From Euryarchaeota archaeon UBA88 (GTDB taxonomy: Archaea; Thermoplasmatota; Poseidoniia; Poseidoniales; Poseidoniaceae): DNA of 64,000 bases. The stretch lies in assembly GCA_002499545.1 (NCBI GenBank), contig DAME01000003.1, forward strand, positions 77,089 through 141,088, in the 5' to 3' direction. Position numbers and translations under genes: made by a program. The notes under the pieces were generated by a model that saw only the letters and a list, made by a program, of their open reading frames with translations, did no database searches and was not told the DNA's origin. How positions within the stretch are numbered: the stretch's first letter is position 1; every line of letters starts with the position of its first letter. Below are positions 7,261-17,616 of this stretch, in pieces.

Positions 7261-9812
7261 TCGAGGTCAAGTAAGCCCTTCTTTTCGATGTTCTTGAAGT
7301 CGAGGTTCCCAGGCAATCCGAGGTCAACAGGCATGCCCCCGACAGTCATGATGATGCCTTTCAAATGCGTATGAAGGCATATAGGCAGTCCGTTAGGCCA
7401 TGCCTTCGTGAGGGTCTTCCAACCGTTCTCTTTCTTCGAAATTGCCTCCTCAAGGTTGCCTTTACCATCGTGCGCAGACCAACCATTGGAAAACCAAGAA
7501 TGCTGTATGAGGAATTTCTTTCCAAAGGAAGGTGAAGGAGACACTGGATGCTTACGACCCCATGCTTCAATCCAATCCAGACCCGAATCGTTCATCCATT
7601 GTATCGGTGATGGTTCGTTTGCCATCATTTGGGTTTGACCTGCAAGCGCCATGATTCCCATCAGATTACGGACGTGGGGATGGCGTGGATACTGCTTTGC
7701 GAGACGCTCAACCAAATCTACACCCGTGTTGAGGCGCCCCGCATCGATATGGAGCAGAGCACGAACGACTTCACCGTGTGTCCAATCAACCACTTCGTGT
7801 GTCTTGATGAAGCCTTCAATCAGGTTGAGTCCATCATCTGGACGACCTTCCAACCGAAGCCGAGCAACGTCGCCGATGAGGAATGCACGACCAGCAGGCG
7901 TGTCGAGATAGGGTAATTCACTGGTTGCTTGACCGGACTGGAACCTGCGGACAAGTTCGATGTTTCGCTTCGTAACAGGATCAATAGCAAGCAGCGCCTT
8001 GTATTCCGGTTGGAGGGTTCGATGTCGAGGGTTGAACAATGCGGCAGCCCACTGCATGCGAGCTCCTTCGATGTCGTGGTTATCGAGCAAGGCGAGGCGT
8101 GGCTTAGCTTCGGCGTAGTCTCGTTGCGCTAAGCTTGCGCCTGTCAAAATCAAACGAGCGACTTGAGCTTCTCTGCCACCACGTAAAGCAAGCAGTGAAA
8201 TCGCTTCTTCTTCCGCCTCATTCCACAGGCCCATCGCCGCATAGAGTTGCATCATACCCTCACCGTTTCGCACCATTGAAAGGCCATGAAGTTGCGACCC
8301 CTGCGCTTCGATTGTCTCATCAAGACGATACAGTGCCTTGGTCCACTGGTCTTCAGAAATTAACAATGTGAAAGACTTCTGCTTGAGATAAATCATATCT
8401 TCTAATCCGGTAAGTCGTTCACGGTTCTCTCCAGCGGCTGCATCGAACGTGATGTCTTCTAACTTGAGACCAATCTTGCGAGACTGGAGCCATATTAGCA
8501 GGAAAGCAACTTGACCACCTGAGGCAAGCATCCAGGTCAATTCTTCAAGGGTATCCTTCTGAAGTGTAGCACAAACGTTGTTTTCCCAAACTCCGCAACT
8601 TGCACCTTGCGGAAGGAAACTCGAGTCCCAAAACGTGATCATTGCTAGAGCGAGCAGAAGCATCGATTGGCCTGCAAAGCCCGTAAAGCAGAAATTGAGC
8701 ACCTTGGCCTGCTGAGAGCGTTCTGCTCGCAACAAACGGCTGTCAGCAAGGGTAATACCGCCCTTACCGGATACAGCTTGAACATCGAGGAAGAGAATGC
8801 GAGCGACCTCATAAACGAACAAAAATCCGATTACTGCTACGTTCAGGAGCAGGAACAAAAGAACGAAGGTTACGATTGGCACGCGAATTCCCGGTTGAGG
8901 GATGAAAGAAAACAACTCAATGAGTCCAAATCCGAGTAAGCCGCCCTCTTCCATGAAGGTGCTTTGTGGTCGGTATTCAGGAAGTTCGAGCACTCTGTCC
9001 GAATGTGTAAACATCGATGGGTCGTACATCAAAACAGCTAACGAGATGAATGTATTGAAGGCGACATAGGGCATTGCTATGAGGTTGAAATTGACGATTT
9101 GAGCCACTGCTTGCTGTTTTGCATTGGGTTTGTGGTTGTGGAAAGGCGAAGGTTCGCCACGAGCGATTTGTTTGGATGATTGGCGCAATGCTTGCCAAGA
9201 TGAACCGAGAATACGGCCGTAGGCGAGAACGGAGGGTGAGAACAGGGTGAAAGCTGTGAGACTGAGTTTTCTGGATTTTGAAATGTCGGTCGAGTCAAGC
9301 CAGAAATAGACCGAGAAGACAACTCCAGCCCACAGCATCATCAAGATGACAAAAGTATAGGTTCGCCATGAATTTGAATCTTGGAGGGTCGCCCGGTCTC
9401 TTCCGATGGGCTTAATCGCTTGGGCGCCCAAAGAGGTCCCAGCTGATATCATGGCTGGAAGGGCGATGAAAACCAAGGCGATGGACAGTGTATAGGTGTG
9501 GTAGCCCTCTGCGAAATTCATCTGGATCATAATGAATTCAAAGAACAGCAGAAGGGCACCAACCAAAGCAAAGATGTAGGTCATGACACCAAACCTCATG
9601 CTCTGAGAGCTCAAAAGGTCGCGAACATCTTGCGATGACGTGGTTACTTGATGGACCTCATACCGTTTTTCTCCAGTCTCAAAAGCGACTTGAAGTCCGC
9701 GTAGTTGGCGTGGAACAACGCGATTCCAAAACAGCCACGCCGTAGCGGCAGCAAGAACGAACGGTACCAAGGCTGCCATACTCCAGCCATCGATGATGTT
9801 CATATCCGCCAT
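7257..9812 (-). CDS. Hypothetical polytopic membrane protein with C-terminal helical-repeat (TPR-like) region
   Basis: 851-aa ORF with many hydrophobic segments in aa 1-450 and a soluble alpha-helical-repeat-like C-terminal half. Converges on 5461-7260 with a 4-nt overlap. Confidence 0.6.
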   Translation of the reverse strand: MADMNIIDGWSMAALVPFVLAAATAWLFWNRVVPRQLRGLQVAFETGEKRYEVHQVTTSSQDVRDLLSSQSMRFGVMTYIFALVGALLLFFEFIMIQMNFAEGYHTYTLSIALVFIALPAMISAGTSLGAQAIKPIGRDRATLQDSNSWRTYTFVILMMLWAGVVFSVYFWLDSTDISKSRKLSLTAFTLFSPSVLAYGRILGSSWQALRQSSKQIARGEPSPFHNHKPNAKQQAVAQIVNFNLIAMPYVAFNTFISLAVLMYDPSMFTHSDRVLELPEYRPQSTFMEEGGLLGFGLIELFSFIPQPGIRVPIVTFVLLFLLLNVAVIGFLFVYEVARILFLDVQAVSGKGGITLADSRLLRAERSQQAKVLNFCFTGFAGQSMLLLALAMITFWDSSFLPQGASCGVWENNVCATLQKDTLEELTWMLASGGQVAFLLIWLQSRKIGLKLEDITFDAAAGENRERLTGLEDMIYLKQKSFTLLISEDQWTKALYRLDETIEAQGSQLHGLSMVRNGEGMMQLYAAMGLWNEAEEEAISLLALRGGREAQVARLILTGASLAQRDYAEAKPRLALLDNHDIEGARMQWAAALFNPRHRTLQPEYKALLAIDPVTKRNIELVRRFQSGQATSELPYLDTPAGRAFLIGDVARLRLEGRPDDGLNLIEGFIKTHEVVDWTHGEVVRALLHIDAGRLNTGVDLVERLAKQYPRHPHVRNLMGIMALAGQTQMMANEPSPIQWMNDSGLDWIEAWGRKHPVSPSPSFGKKFLIQHSWFSNGWSAHDGKGNLEEAISKKENGWKTLTKAWPNGLPICLHTHLKGIIMTVGGMPVDLGLPGNLDFKNIEKKGLLDLD

Positions 9813-9816
9813 GTGC

Positions 9817-11844
9817 TCATTCCTCGGCTTCGGTTACTGCTAGATTTGGTTGTGCGACCTTCTGATCGATTTCAGAGCGAAGGTCCTTGAGGAATTGGTC
9901 AAGTGGAATTCCACTGACTTGATCACCGTTTCGAGCCCGCAGACTCACGGTTCTACCTTCGGCCTCTCCATCACCCAGAATAACCATGTAAGCAGGTTGC
10001 ATTTTTCTGTGAGTGCGAATCTTCTTCCCAATCGTGTCATCTCCGTCATCGATTTCGACGCGGATATTGTTATCTCGAAGGAGGCTTGCCACTTCATGTG
10101 CATAGCCCTTGTGCTTCTCAGAAATAGTGATAATGTGGCACTGCGTTGGGGTGAGCCACGTCGGGAACTTACCAGCGAAGTGTTCGATTAAGACGCCGCA
10201 GAATCGTTCCATCGAGCCGAACGGTGCACGATGAATCATCACGGGTCGGTGAATTTCTCCATCACTGCCCTTGTATTCTAATTCGAACCGCTCAGGAAGG
10301 TTGTAGTCCACTTGGACGGTGCCGAGTTGCCACTCTCGGCCAATGACGTCTTTTACCACGAAGTCAATTTTTGGGCCGTAAAACGCAGCCTCACCTGGTT
10401 CTTCTGACCAATTGACTCCAAGCGATTCTGCTGCTGCACGACAAGCGTCTTCGGCTTTATCCCAGCGGTCTGGACTGCCGACATACTTGTCCGAATCTGC
10501 GTCTCGAAGACCGACACGGACGCGATAGTCAGTCATGCCGAGTTTCTCAAAGATGATTTGCACCAGTTCAATGCATCCAAGAACTTCCGAGGCGATTTGG
10601 TCTTCAGTCACGAACAGGTGTGCATCGTCTTGTGTGAACCCTCTGACGCGCGTCATACCCGAGATTTCACCGGACTGTTCCCAGCGATAGACCGTTCCAA
10701 ATTCTGCCAATCGCAGTGGCAAGTCTCGATACGAGCGCATTTGTGATGCATAGATTTTGACGTGATGCGGGCAGTTCATCGGCTTGAGCATGTACCCGTC
10801 AATCTCGCCGAGTTCCATGAGGTTGGACAGTTCACCACAAGTACATCCCTCATCAGCCAATTTCTTCATCAAATCGCGTTCGACCAGTGGAGGATACTGG
10901 GAATCTTGGTAGTAAGGGAAATGCCCGGATGTGCGGTAGAGGTCAAGTTTTCCAACGTGGGGTGTGAACACTTGCGAATATCCTTGTCGTCGTAAATGGT
11001 GGGAAATGAAATCTTGTAATTCTTGACGAAGAATAGCACCGCGGGGGGTCCACAGAATCAGGCCTTGACCAACTTCTTCATCGATGTGAAAGAGTTGGAG
11101 GTCCTTACCAAGTTTGCGATGATCACGTTTTTTGGCTTCTTCAAGACGAGTGATGGTTGCCCGTAACGCTTCCTTGCTGGGTTCGACAATGCCGTAGATT
11201 CGGACCAGTTGTTCACGGTTTTGATCACCGCGCCAATACGCAGAAGAGATGCTGGTGAGTTTAACGTTCATCAAACGAGAAGTGTTTGGAACGTGCGGCC
11301 CGAGGCACAAGTCTGACCAGTCATCCTGCTTGTAGATGGTCGAACCACTGCCTTCTTCGATGCGCTGCTCAATGATTTCAAGCTTGTATGGATTGGAAGA
11401 AAACAGTTCTTTCAATTCAGGTTCGCTCATTTCAATTCGCTCAACAGTGAAGTTTTTGCGGGCGAGTTCCTGCATTTTCTTTTGAATTGGCTTGAGGTCT
11501 GACTCGCTGATTGACTTCATTGCAAAATCATAGTAGAAGCCTCGGTCGATGGCTGGCCCGATGGTTGGTTTAGCATCTGGATACAAGGACATTACTGCCT
11601 GAGCAAGCAAGTGAGCGGCACTGTGACGTAAAATGTACATTCCTTCATCGGATTGTGTGAGGATTCCTTCAACGGAGCAATCCTGTTCCAGTTCTCGAGA
11701 AAGGTCGCACTCGGCCCCGTCAATTCGGGCTGCTAAGCAGCCATGCTTCCGTCCTAAAGCATCAGTAATTACTTCTGCGCAGGTGATGCCAGGGGCGTAT
11801 TCGTTGATTGTTCCGTCGGGTAACGTGACTTGAATCAATGCCAT
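9817..11844 (-). CDS. thrS: Threonyl-tRNA synthetase (bacterial-type, TGS + editing domain)
   Basis: N-terminal TGS (MALIQVTLPDGT), editing-domain HSAAHLLAQAV and class II core motifs (FRYE-like TVYRWEQSG, GFTQDDAH). AGGAGAGG Shine-Dalgarno upstream. Confidence 0.95.
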   Translation of the reverse strand: MALIQVTLPDGTINEYAPGITCAEVITDALGRKHGCLAARIDGAECDLSRELEQDCSVEGILTQSDEGMYILRHSAAHLLAQAVMSLYPDAKPTIGPAIDRGFYYDFAMKSISESDLKPIQKKMQELARKNFTVERIEMSEPELKELFSSNPYKLEIIEQRIEEGSGSTIYKQDDWSDLCLGPHVPNTSRLMNVKLTSISSAYWRGDQNREQLVRIYGIVEPSKEALRATITRLEEAKKRDHRKLGKDLQLFHIDEEVGQGLILWTPRGAILRQELQDFISHHLRRQGYSQVFTPHVGKLDLYRTSGHFPYYQDSQYPPLVERDLMKKLADEGCTCGELSNLMELGEIDGYMLKPMNCPHHVKIYASQMRSYRDLPLRLAEFGTVYRWEQSGEISGMTRVRGFTQDDAHLFVTEDQIASEVLGCIELVQIIFEKLGMTDYRVRVGLRDADSDKYVGSPDRWDKAEDACRAAAESLGVNWSEEPGEAAFYGPKIDFVVKDVIGREWQLGTVQVDYNLPERFELEYKGSDGEIHRPVMIHRAPFGSMERFCGVLIEHFAGKFPTWLTPTQCHIITISEKHKGYAHEVASLLRDNNIRVEIDDGDDTIGKKIRTHRKMQPAYMVILGDGEAEGRTVSLRARNGDQVSGIPLDQFLKDLRSEIDQKVAQPNLAVTEAEE

Positions 11845-11858
11845 TTGGTCCTCTCCTT

Positions 11859-11875
11859 CAACCCCTACGGGGTTG
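11859..11875. other. GC-stem hairpin CAACCCC-TAC-GGGGTTG next to the thrS ribosome-binding site
   Basis: Perfect 7-bp inverted repeat with a 3-nt loop. On the minus strand it directly precedes AAGGAGAGGACCAA-ATG of thrS. It lies 67 nt downstream of the stop of 11943-12545. Confidence 0.5.
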
Positions 11876-11942
11876 GCCGTACTTCATCAAACCATCACTT
11901 GATTGTAATCAAAGAACGGCGTTCAACACTGCGAAATCTCCG

Positions 11943-12545
11943 TCACCATGGAAACTTGAGATTCCAATAGATTCCGTCAAAAAGAATGCATTGAATTCCG
12001 AGTAGAATCGAGCCAAGCAACATCTTTCCTCCACCGGACATCCCATCGGTGTACGCGGAATAACCGAGCAAAATCATCATGACATTCCCTAAGCATGCCA
12101 GCAATAATATTCCGATAACCAAGAACGGTGTCCAGCTGTATTCGTGTTCAATGTGGTAGATGGTCGCTTCTAACCACAGCGCAGAAGGAATGACCAGTAG
12201 TGCGAATGCCAGTAACAGTCGAGCACCTCCACCACCATCAGATTCGGCCCAAGGCCATCGCAAACTAGCGAGGTCTGAAACATCATTCTGATACAAAATA
12301 GTCCACCAGTACATCAAAAAACCAGCAGCAGCGAGGAACATGAACGGAACGATAAATTTGGCTTGCGACCAGGGAATTCCACCCCACAACGCCTCTGCGC
12401 TGGGGGCATGTGAGACGCCGTACACGTACGATACTAACACCAATGTCCCGAAGATAAGAACGAACAAGCGAAGAAAACCTCGAGTAACTACCATGAAGCG
12501 TGGTACAAGTTCGTACTGATAAGTACCTGTGTCGAGGCCTACCAT
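11943..12545 (-). CDS. Hypothetical membrane protein (about 6 TM)
   Basis: 200-aa hydrophobic ORF overlapping the upstream gene by 7 nt. No recognised family. Confidence 0.6.
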   Translation of the reverse strand: MVGLDTGTYQYELVPRFMVVTRGFLRLFVLIFGTLVLVSYVYGVSHAPSAEALWGGIPWSQAKFIVPFMFLAAAGFLMYWWTILYQNDVSDLASLRWPWAESDGGGGARLLLAFALLVIPSALWLEATIYHIEHEYSWTPFLVIGILLLACLGNVMMILLGYSAYTDGMSGGGKMLLGSILLGIQCILFDGIYWNLKFPW

Positions 12546-12901
12546 TCGACATCGAAATCTTCACCCAATCCACTGGACGGAGCATCCAGAATTGCTGGTG
12601 ACTTCCTCTCACTGGTTGGTTCTTGTTTTACTGGAGAAGGTTTAGTGGGCGTTACGGTGAAGGATTTGCGGTCTTCGACATGGCGAATTTGTTGGCCGTA
12701 ATCGGGGCTTGAAGCGATTTGTTGTTCTGACTGAGGTAGAACTTCTGCAGGTTGAGGTTGTTCAAAGGTCTCTTCACCAGCTTTGAGTTCAGCAAAGCCA
12801 GCGGCGAGTGCATCTTCCAAACTTGGCGTGGTTGAGTCGAGCTTGCTCATACTCCAACCAGAGGACGACCACCACATCAAACCTTGCTCGTAGTGATTCA
12901 T
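12539..12901 (-). CDS. Hypothetical acidic, low-complexity protein
   Basis: 120-aa ORF whose ATG overlaps the upstream stop by 4 nt (12898-12901). Trp-rich N-terminus (YEQGLMWWSSSGWS), then a P/Q/E/S-rich region. Confidence 0.5.
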   Translation of the reverse strand: MNHYEQGLMWWSSSGWSMSKLDSTTPSLEDALAAGFAELKAGEETFEQPQPAEVLPQSEQQIASSPDYGQQIRHVEDRKSFTVTPTKPSPVKQEPTSERKSPAILDAPSSGLGEDFDVEW

Positions 12902-13641
12902 TCTTCTTCATCATCGGTCGAATCGTCAAAAATCACTTCAGGTAGGAAGGACAAGATCGTACCGAGAATTCCAAACACCAACACGTATTCCCACACCGCT
13001 GCAATGTTCAGTAGTGGGTCGCTTGTACTGGTACAAAATGCGAGCATATCAGACGTCATAGCGTTGTATGAATCCCAATCAAAGTTTGGGCCCCAAACCT
13101 GTTGCTGATATGAAATCATTTGAAACAGACCGACGAATGCTGACAAGGCGGCAAAAAATCGAAGACCCAAAACGGTACGAAACTTGTTGTGATTCCACCA
13201 AATTCGCGCCGTTACTGCTGTCACAATAAGGCACCAATACACACCGTTGTTGAATATATCAAACGCATAATGGCCGTGCATCGGACCGTCGGTATCCCAA
13301 GGTACGCTACCGATTCGAATACATGAAAATGCACCGATTAAACCGGGAAATACGGCCAAGTGATTCAAGCCGTGCCAGATATTGTGATGCTGTCCTTCCG
13401 TGATTCGTTTCATGTTCATCGAATGAATTTCCATGATAATCCAAAAAACGAGAAAACCTGAAACGAATGTTCCGACGGTGAAAATGGTGTCGCCAGGCTC
13501 GTACAAGTCAAAATCAGAGATGAACGGCATGTAAGCTTTGCATCCGTTCATTAGCCATGTAGCGTAACCCGCGATAAGCCACACCATCGTGAACACGACC
13601 ATGAGCAAGATGGCTGTACGACGTCGCTGCGTAGTCTCCAT
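12898..13641 (-). CDS. Membrane protein resembling the Frag1/DRAM/Sfk1 (TMEM150-like) family
   Basis: 247 aa, about 6 TM. MPFISDFDLYEPGDTIFTVGTFVSGFL resembles the P(Y/F)ISD...PE..IF signature of DRAM/TMEM150. HGHYAFDIFNNGVYW and AAVWEYVLVFG align by eye to later conserved helices. Family assignment is from memory only. Confidence 0.45.
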   Translation of the reverse strand: METTQRRRTAILLMVVFTMVWLIAGYATWLMNGCKAYMPFISDFDLYEPGDTIFTVGTFVSGFLVFWIIMEIHSMNMKRITEGQHHNIWHGLNHLAVFPGLIGAFSCIRIGSVPWDTDGPMHGHYAFDIFNNGVYWCLIVTAVTARIWWNHNKFRTVLGLRFFAALSAFVGLFQMISYQQQVWGPNFDWDSYNAMTSDMLAFCTSTSDPLLNIAAVWEYVLVFGILGTILSFLPEVIFDDSTDDEEE

Positions 13642-13723
13642 GCTGCGGGCTGTAATCCACTCTTTTTGATGGCATCGATTCTATTCAGCGAATGCAGGTC
13701 TTCTTGAAGGGGAAACTCCTCGC

Positions 13724-14926
13724 ATGGGCATGCGCATCGGCATCGTCGTAAATCCAGATGCAGGTCTCGGAGGCAGACTCGGCTTCAAGGGCAGCGATGG
13801 GCGAGCTGCAGAAGCACGTGCTGCTGGTGCACAGGACCGAGCAGGGCCACGAATGCATCAATCTCTAAACGCACTTCATGAACTCATGAACAGTTCCCTT
13901 AACCGCACTAATGCAACGGCAATTTGCGTCGGATGGAATGGGAGGATGGGCGGTTCATGGTGCCTGCAAGAAACCGAAACATTGCCCTTTGAATCAATAG
14001 GTACGACACCCGAAGAGACCTCACACAAGGACACAGCAGAACTGGTAAAGGATCTGGTCGATGCACAGGTGGAAGCGATTGTGTACGCCGGCGGTGACGG
14101 TACGACTCGTGATATCGTGAAAGCACTGGAAACGATTGGAAAGGAAGCACAAGAAATCCCGCTGATTGGTGTTCCAGGCGGTGTGAAGATGCATTCTGGC
14201 TGCTTTGCAACCACTCCTAAAGCAGCCGCAGAAGTGGTCTTGGCGTTCCTGCTTGGTGACCTTCGGTGCGCCATTACCGAAGTCATGGACTTGGATGAAG
14301 AAATCTATCAGGAAGGCATTTGGAAAGTCCGAATGTATGGTGAAGCTTGGACTCCATCCAGTCCACGATTTATGCAGGGAGCCAAAGAACAAGTGGAACG
14401 AACCAGTGAATCGGATACCATCGAGGGACTTGCCAAGCACGTTGAAACACTGATCGAGGAACAGCCTGATTTGCTGATTATTTGGGGCAGTGGCGGTACA
14501 ATTCGTCGGATTGGAGAACACTGCGACCACCAACTTACGCTTCTCGGAATCGACATTTTGGGCCCCGATAGCGTGGACGGTCGTCAACTGCACGCTGACT
14601 TGAATGAACAACAATTGATCGAAATTCTGTTACAACACGTTGATTCTGAGGGGAACCCTCGACCTCGCCTACTGTTACTCTCACCTATGGGTGGTCAAGG
14701 ATTCTTAATCGGTAGAGGCAATCTCCAACTTTCACCAGACGTCCTTCGAATCATCGGAATTGACAATATATTGGGTGTTGCAACCCCTGCGAAACTCATC
14801 GGACTGAGTGCTGTACGAATTGATACCGGCGACCCGTCATTGGATGATGTGTTCCAAACCAAGCGATTCATGAAGATATTGCAGGGGTTCCGAACAACGC
14901 GACTCATCAGAATTGAGATGGCGTAG
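13724..14926 (+). CDS. ATP-NAD kinase family protein (COG3199-like)
   Basis: 400 aa with the YAGGDGTTRDI (GGDGT) motif and a GVPGGVKMHSG segment typical of the archaeal predicted polyphosphate/ATP-NAD kinase group. Confidence 0.65.
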   Translation: MGMRIGIVVNPDAGLGGRLGFKGSDGRAAEARAAGAQDRAGPRMHQSLNALHELMNSSLNRTNATAICVGWNGRMGGSWCLQETETLPFESIGTTPEETSHKDTAELVKDLVDAQVEAIVYAGGDGTTRDIVKALETIGKEAQEIPLIGVPGGVKMHSGCFATTPKAAAEVVLAFLLGDLRCAITEVMDLDEEIYQEGIWKVRMYGEAWTPSSPRFMQGAKEQVERTSESDTIEGLAKHVETLIEEQPDLLIIWGSGGTIRRIGEHCDHQLTLLGIDILGPDSVDGRQLHADLNEQQLIEILLQHVDSEGNPRPRLLLLSPMGGQGFLIGRGNLQLSPDVLRIIGIDNILGVATPAKLIGLSAVRIDTGDPSLDDVFQTKRFMKILQGFRTTRLIRIEMA

Positions 14927-14932
14927 ACCATT

Positions 14933-16564
14933 TCACAATTGTCCAGTAGCTGCTTTCAACAATCCGAGGAATGGAGGGCTTGGACGCCCTGGACGGCTCT
15001 TGAATTCTGGATGATACTGGACGCCAATGTAATACGGATGGTCGTTGAGTTCGAAGATTTCACACCGCTGTCCAGTTTCGTCTTTTCCAACGAAAACCAA
15101 GCCTGCCGATTCGATGGACTCGATTAGATCAGGATTGACTTCATATCGATGACGATGTCGTTCATGGACTTCCTCACCCCCGCCGTAAAGCGTACGAATC
15201 GTGCATTCATCAACTTGCCAGATTGTTGGACGGCTACCCAAACGCATGGTTCCTCCGAGATGTGTTTTTGAAATCTCAGGCATGAACACGACTGCAGGAT
15301 GCTTACAATTCTCGTCAAACTCTGTTGAGTTTGCGCCTTCCAGACCCAATACATTGCGGCAGAATTCAATTGTAGCAACTTGCAAACCAAGGCAGATCCC
15401 AAGGTAAGGCGTACGGCTGGAACGGGCATACTGGGCTGCGAGGATTTTTCCCTCCACACCACGGTCACCAAATCCACCGGGAACAAGAACGCCAGCCGAT
15501 TCTTTGAGCATGGTCCATGCAGCATCGTATTCGTCAGAGTCGCCCCAGTCGTTTTCTAAGTGACTGGCTTCAATCCAATCGATAACCAATTTATGGTCGA
15601 CCGCCATTGCAGCGTGTTGCAGACTCTTGATCACCGAGAGGTAAGCATCGGAAAGATCGGTGTACTTTCCAACCATAGCGATGTGAACTTCTTTGTCCAA
15701 TGTATCCAAGTGGAAGGCCATGACTCTCCACTGTTCGAGTAAATCCGTTGATTCGCAATCGACATCGAGAATGTTGCACAAGCCTTGCTCATGGAGCATC
15801 AACGGAACATGGTAGATGTTTGGTACGTCGTGCGTAGACATGACTGCCTCGGGAGAGACGTGACAAAATGCAGCTAATTTTTGCCGTGTTTCTACGGTCA
15901 GTGGAGCGGTTGAACGGCAAACAAGAATATCTGGAGTAATCCCCAAGCCACGTAATTCTTTCACCGTGTGCTGTGTTGGCTTCGTCTTCTGTTCACCCAC
16001 GGGGCCCATGACAGGTACCAGTGAAACGTGAACGAAGGTGACGTTCTCCCTTCCAACCCTGAATTGAAACTGACGTAGGGCTTCAATGTAAGGCGCAGAT
16101 TCAATATCACCAACCGTACCACCAAGTTCGATAATGCAGGCGTCAGGAGATTGGTCACTACCGTCTGCAGGAAGGTGGGCGACCTCTTCCAACCAATCTT
16201 GTACCGCATCGGTGATGTGGGGAATGACTTGAACCGTTTTACCAAGGTAGTCACCGCGGCGTTCTGCTTCAAGCACTTTGGAATATATTTTTCCGGTTGT
16301 CAAGTTATTATTCCGCCCGAGATTGATATCGAGGAAGCGTTCATAGTTTCCAAGATCTAAATCGACTTCGCCACCATCGTCGAGAACAAATACTTCACCG
16401 TGTTCAAACGGCGACATTGTACCGGCATCGCTGTTGAGATAGGGATCAATTTTCAAAGAAGTGACTCGCAGCCCTGCGCTTTTCAGGAGTACGCCGATAC
16501 TGCTGGCAGTTACTCCTTTCCCTAATCCAGAAAGGACGCCTCCGCTAACAACAACGTACTTCAT
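14933..16564 (-). CDS. pyrG: CTP synthase
   Basis: [18 protein letters not shown]-terminus, with the glutamine amidotransferase motifs GICLGLQ and HRHRYEVN. The track ORF extends to 16609; Met16 (16564) matches the canonical N-terminus. Confidence 0.93.
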   Translation of the reverse strand: MKYVVVSGGVLSGLGKGVTASSIGVLLKSAGLRVTSLKIDPYLNSDAGTMSPFEHGEVFVLDDGGEVDLDLGNYERFLDINLGRNNNLTTGKIYSKVLEAERRGDYLGKTVQVIPHITDAVQDWLEEVAHLPADGSDQSPDACIIELGGTVGDIESAPYIEALRQFQFRVGRENVTFVHVSLVPVMGPVGEQKTKPTQHTVKELRGLGITPDILVCRSTAPLTVETRQKLAAFCHVSPEAVMSTHDVPNIYHVPLMLHEQGLCNILDVDCESTDLLEQWRVMAFHLDTLDKEVHIAMVGKYTDLSDAYLSVIKSLQHAAMAVDHKLVIDWIEASHLENDWGDSDEYDAAWTMLKESAGVLVPGGFGDRGVEGKILAAQYARSSRTPYLGICLGLQVATIEFCRNVLGLEGANSTEFDENCKHPAVVFMPEISKTHLGGTMRLGSRPTIWQVDECTIRTLYGGGEEVHERHRHRYEVNPDLIESIESAGLVFVGKDETGQRCEIFELNDHPYYIGVQYHPEFKSRPGRPSPPFLGLLKAATGQL

Positions 16565-16660
16565 GCACATCAACGGGCTTTTAGGCCGTCGCGCCTCCCA
16601 TATCAACATACCTCTGAAAACTCATAATCGAAGTCCATGATGAAATGAGCGAAGAATCAA

Positions 16661-17614
16661 ATGGTGGGTTCGATGTCTATGTTCATGGACCTACCAAGTG
16701 GACGAATTCTAGTCACTGGAGCATTAGGTCAAATTGGGACTGAACTGGTTGAAGCACTGCGGCAAAAACATGGACCTGAGGCAGTTATAGCCACTGATCT
16801 TCGAAAAGCAGAAGGCTGTCAAATTCTTGATGTAATGAATACTGATGAAATCAAGAAAGTGATGGTCGAACAGCACATTACAGAAATCTATCACTTGGCG
16901 GCATTGCTGTCGGCTACTGGAGAAAAAAACCCACACTTGTGCTGGGACATCAACGTTACGGGATTAGAAAATATGATTGCTGCTGCTAAAGAGCACGGAG
17001 CAAGATTGTTTTCCCCATCGTCAATTGCTGTTTTTGGCCCAGATTGTCCGAAGGTTGCACCACAAATCACTCCCCTGAACCCCACCACGATTTATGGAAA
17101 AACCAAGGTGGTTGGCGAACAATTAGCAGTGAGTTCAGGAATTGACATGAGAGGAATTCGATATCCAGGTCTCATCTCATACAAAGCCCCTGCCGGTGGC
17201 GGAACAACGGATTATGCGGTAGAAATTTTTCACAATGCTCTCGAAAATGGACATTACGACTGTTTTGTTCGCGAGGACACAAAATTGCCTATGATGTACA
17301 TGGACGATGCAATACGGGCTACTATCGAATTAATGGATATCCCTTTTGAAAGATTAAGTGATTCAAGGGGTGGATATAATATCGCCGGATGTTCGTTTAC
17401 TGCAGGAGAATTAGTACGAAGTATTCAACGCCATTTACCAGATTTCACCTGCACGTTCAATCCAGATATTCGACAGCAGTATGCAGATTCTTGGCCAGAA
17501 GAAATCGACGATGGAATTGCAATGAACGAATGGAGATGGAGTCCACGATTCAATCTCGATCGAATCGTAGATGAAATGATTACCAATCTCGAGTCCCGAA
17601 AAAATCGTAGTTGA
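16661..17614 (+). CDS. NAD-dependent epimerase/dehydratase family, probably SDR-type L-threonine 3-dehydrogenase
   Basis: ILVTGALGQIGTEL Rossmann motif, HLAALLSATGEKNP and PTTIYGKTKVVGE (Y-x3-K). The overall pattern resembles UDP-glucose-4-epimerase-like TDH enzymes. Confidence 0.6.
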   Translation: MVGSMSMFMDLPSGRILVTGALGQIGTELVEALRQKHGPEAVIATDLRKAEGCQILDVMNTDEIKKVMVEQHITEIYHLAALLSATGEKNPHLCWDINVTGLENMIAAAKEHGARLFSPSSIAVFGPDCPKVAPQITPLNPTTIYGKTKVVGEQLAVSSGIDMRGIRYPGLISYKAPAGGGTTDYAVEIFHNALENGHYDCFVREDTKLPMMYMDDAIRATIELMDIPFERLSDSRGGYNIAGCSFTAGELVRSIQRHLPDFTCTFNPDIRQQYADSWPEEIDDGIAMNEWRWSPRFNLDRIVDEMITNLESRKNRS

Positions 17615-17616
17615 TT

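Noticed and set aside
11859-11875. The hairpin before thrS considered as a ThrRS autoregulatory operator (tRNA-Thr anticodon-arm mimic) or a T-box element.
   Set aside because: The loop is only 3 nt (GUA on the mRNA), so it cannot present a Thr anticodon-like heptaloop. The 98-nt leader is far too short for a T-box, and no specifier or T-box sequence is visible.
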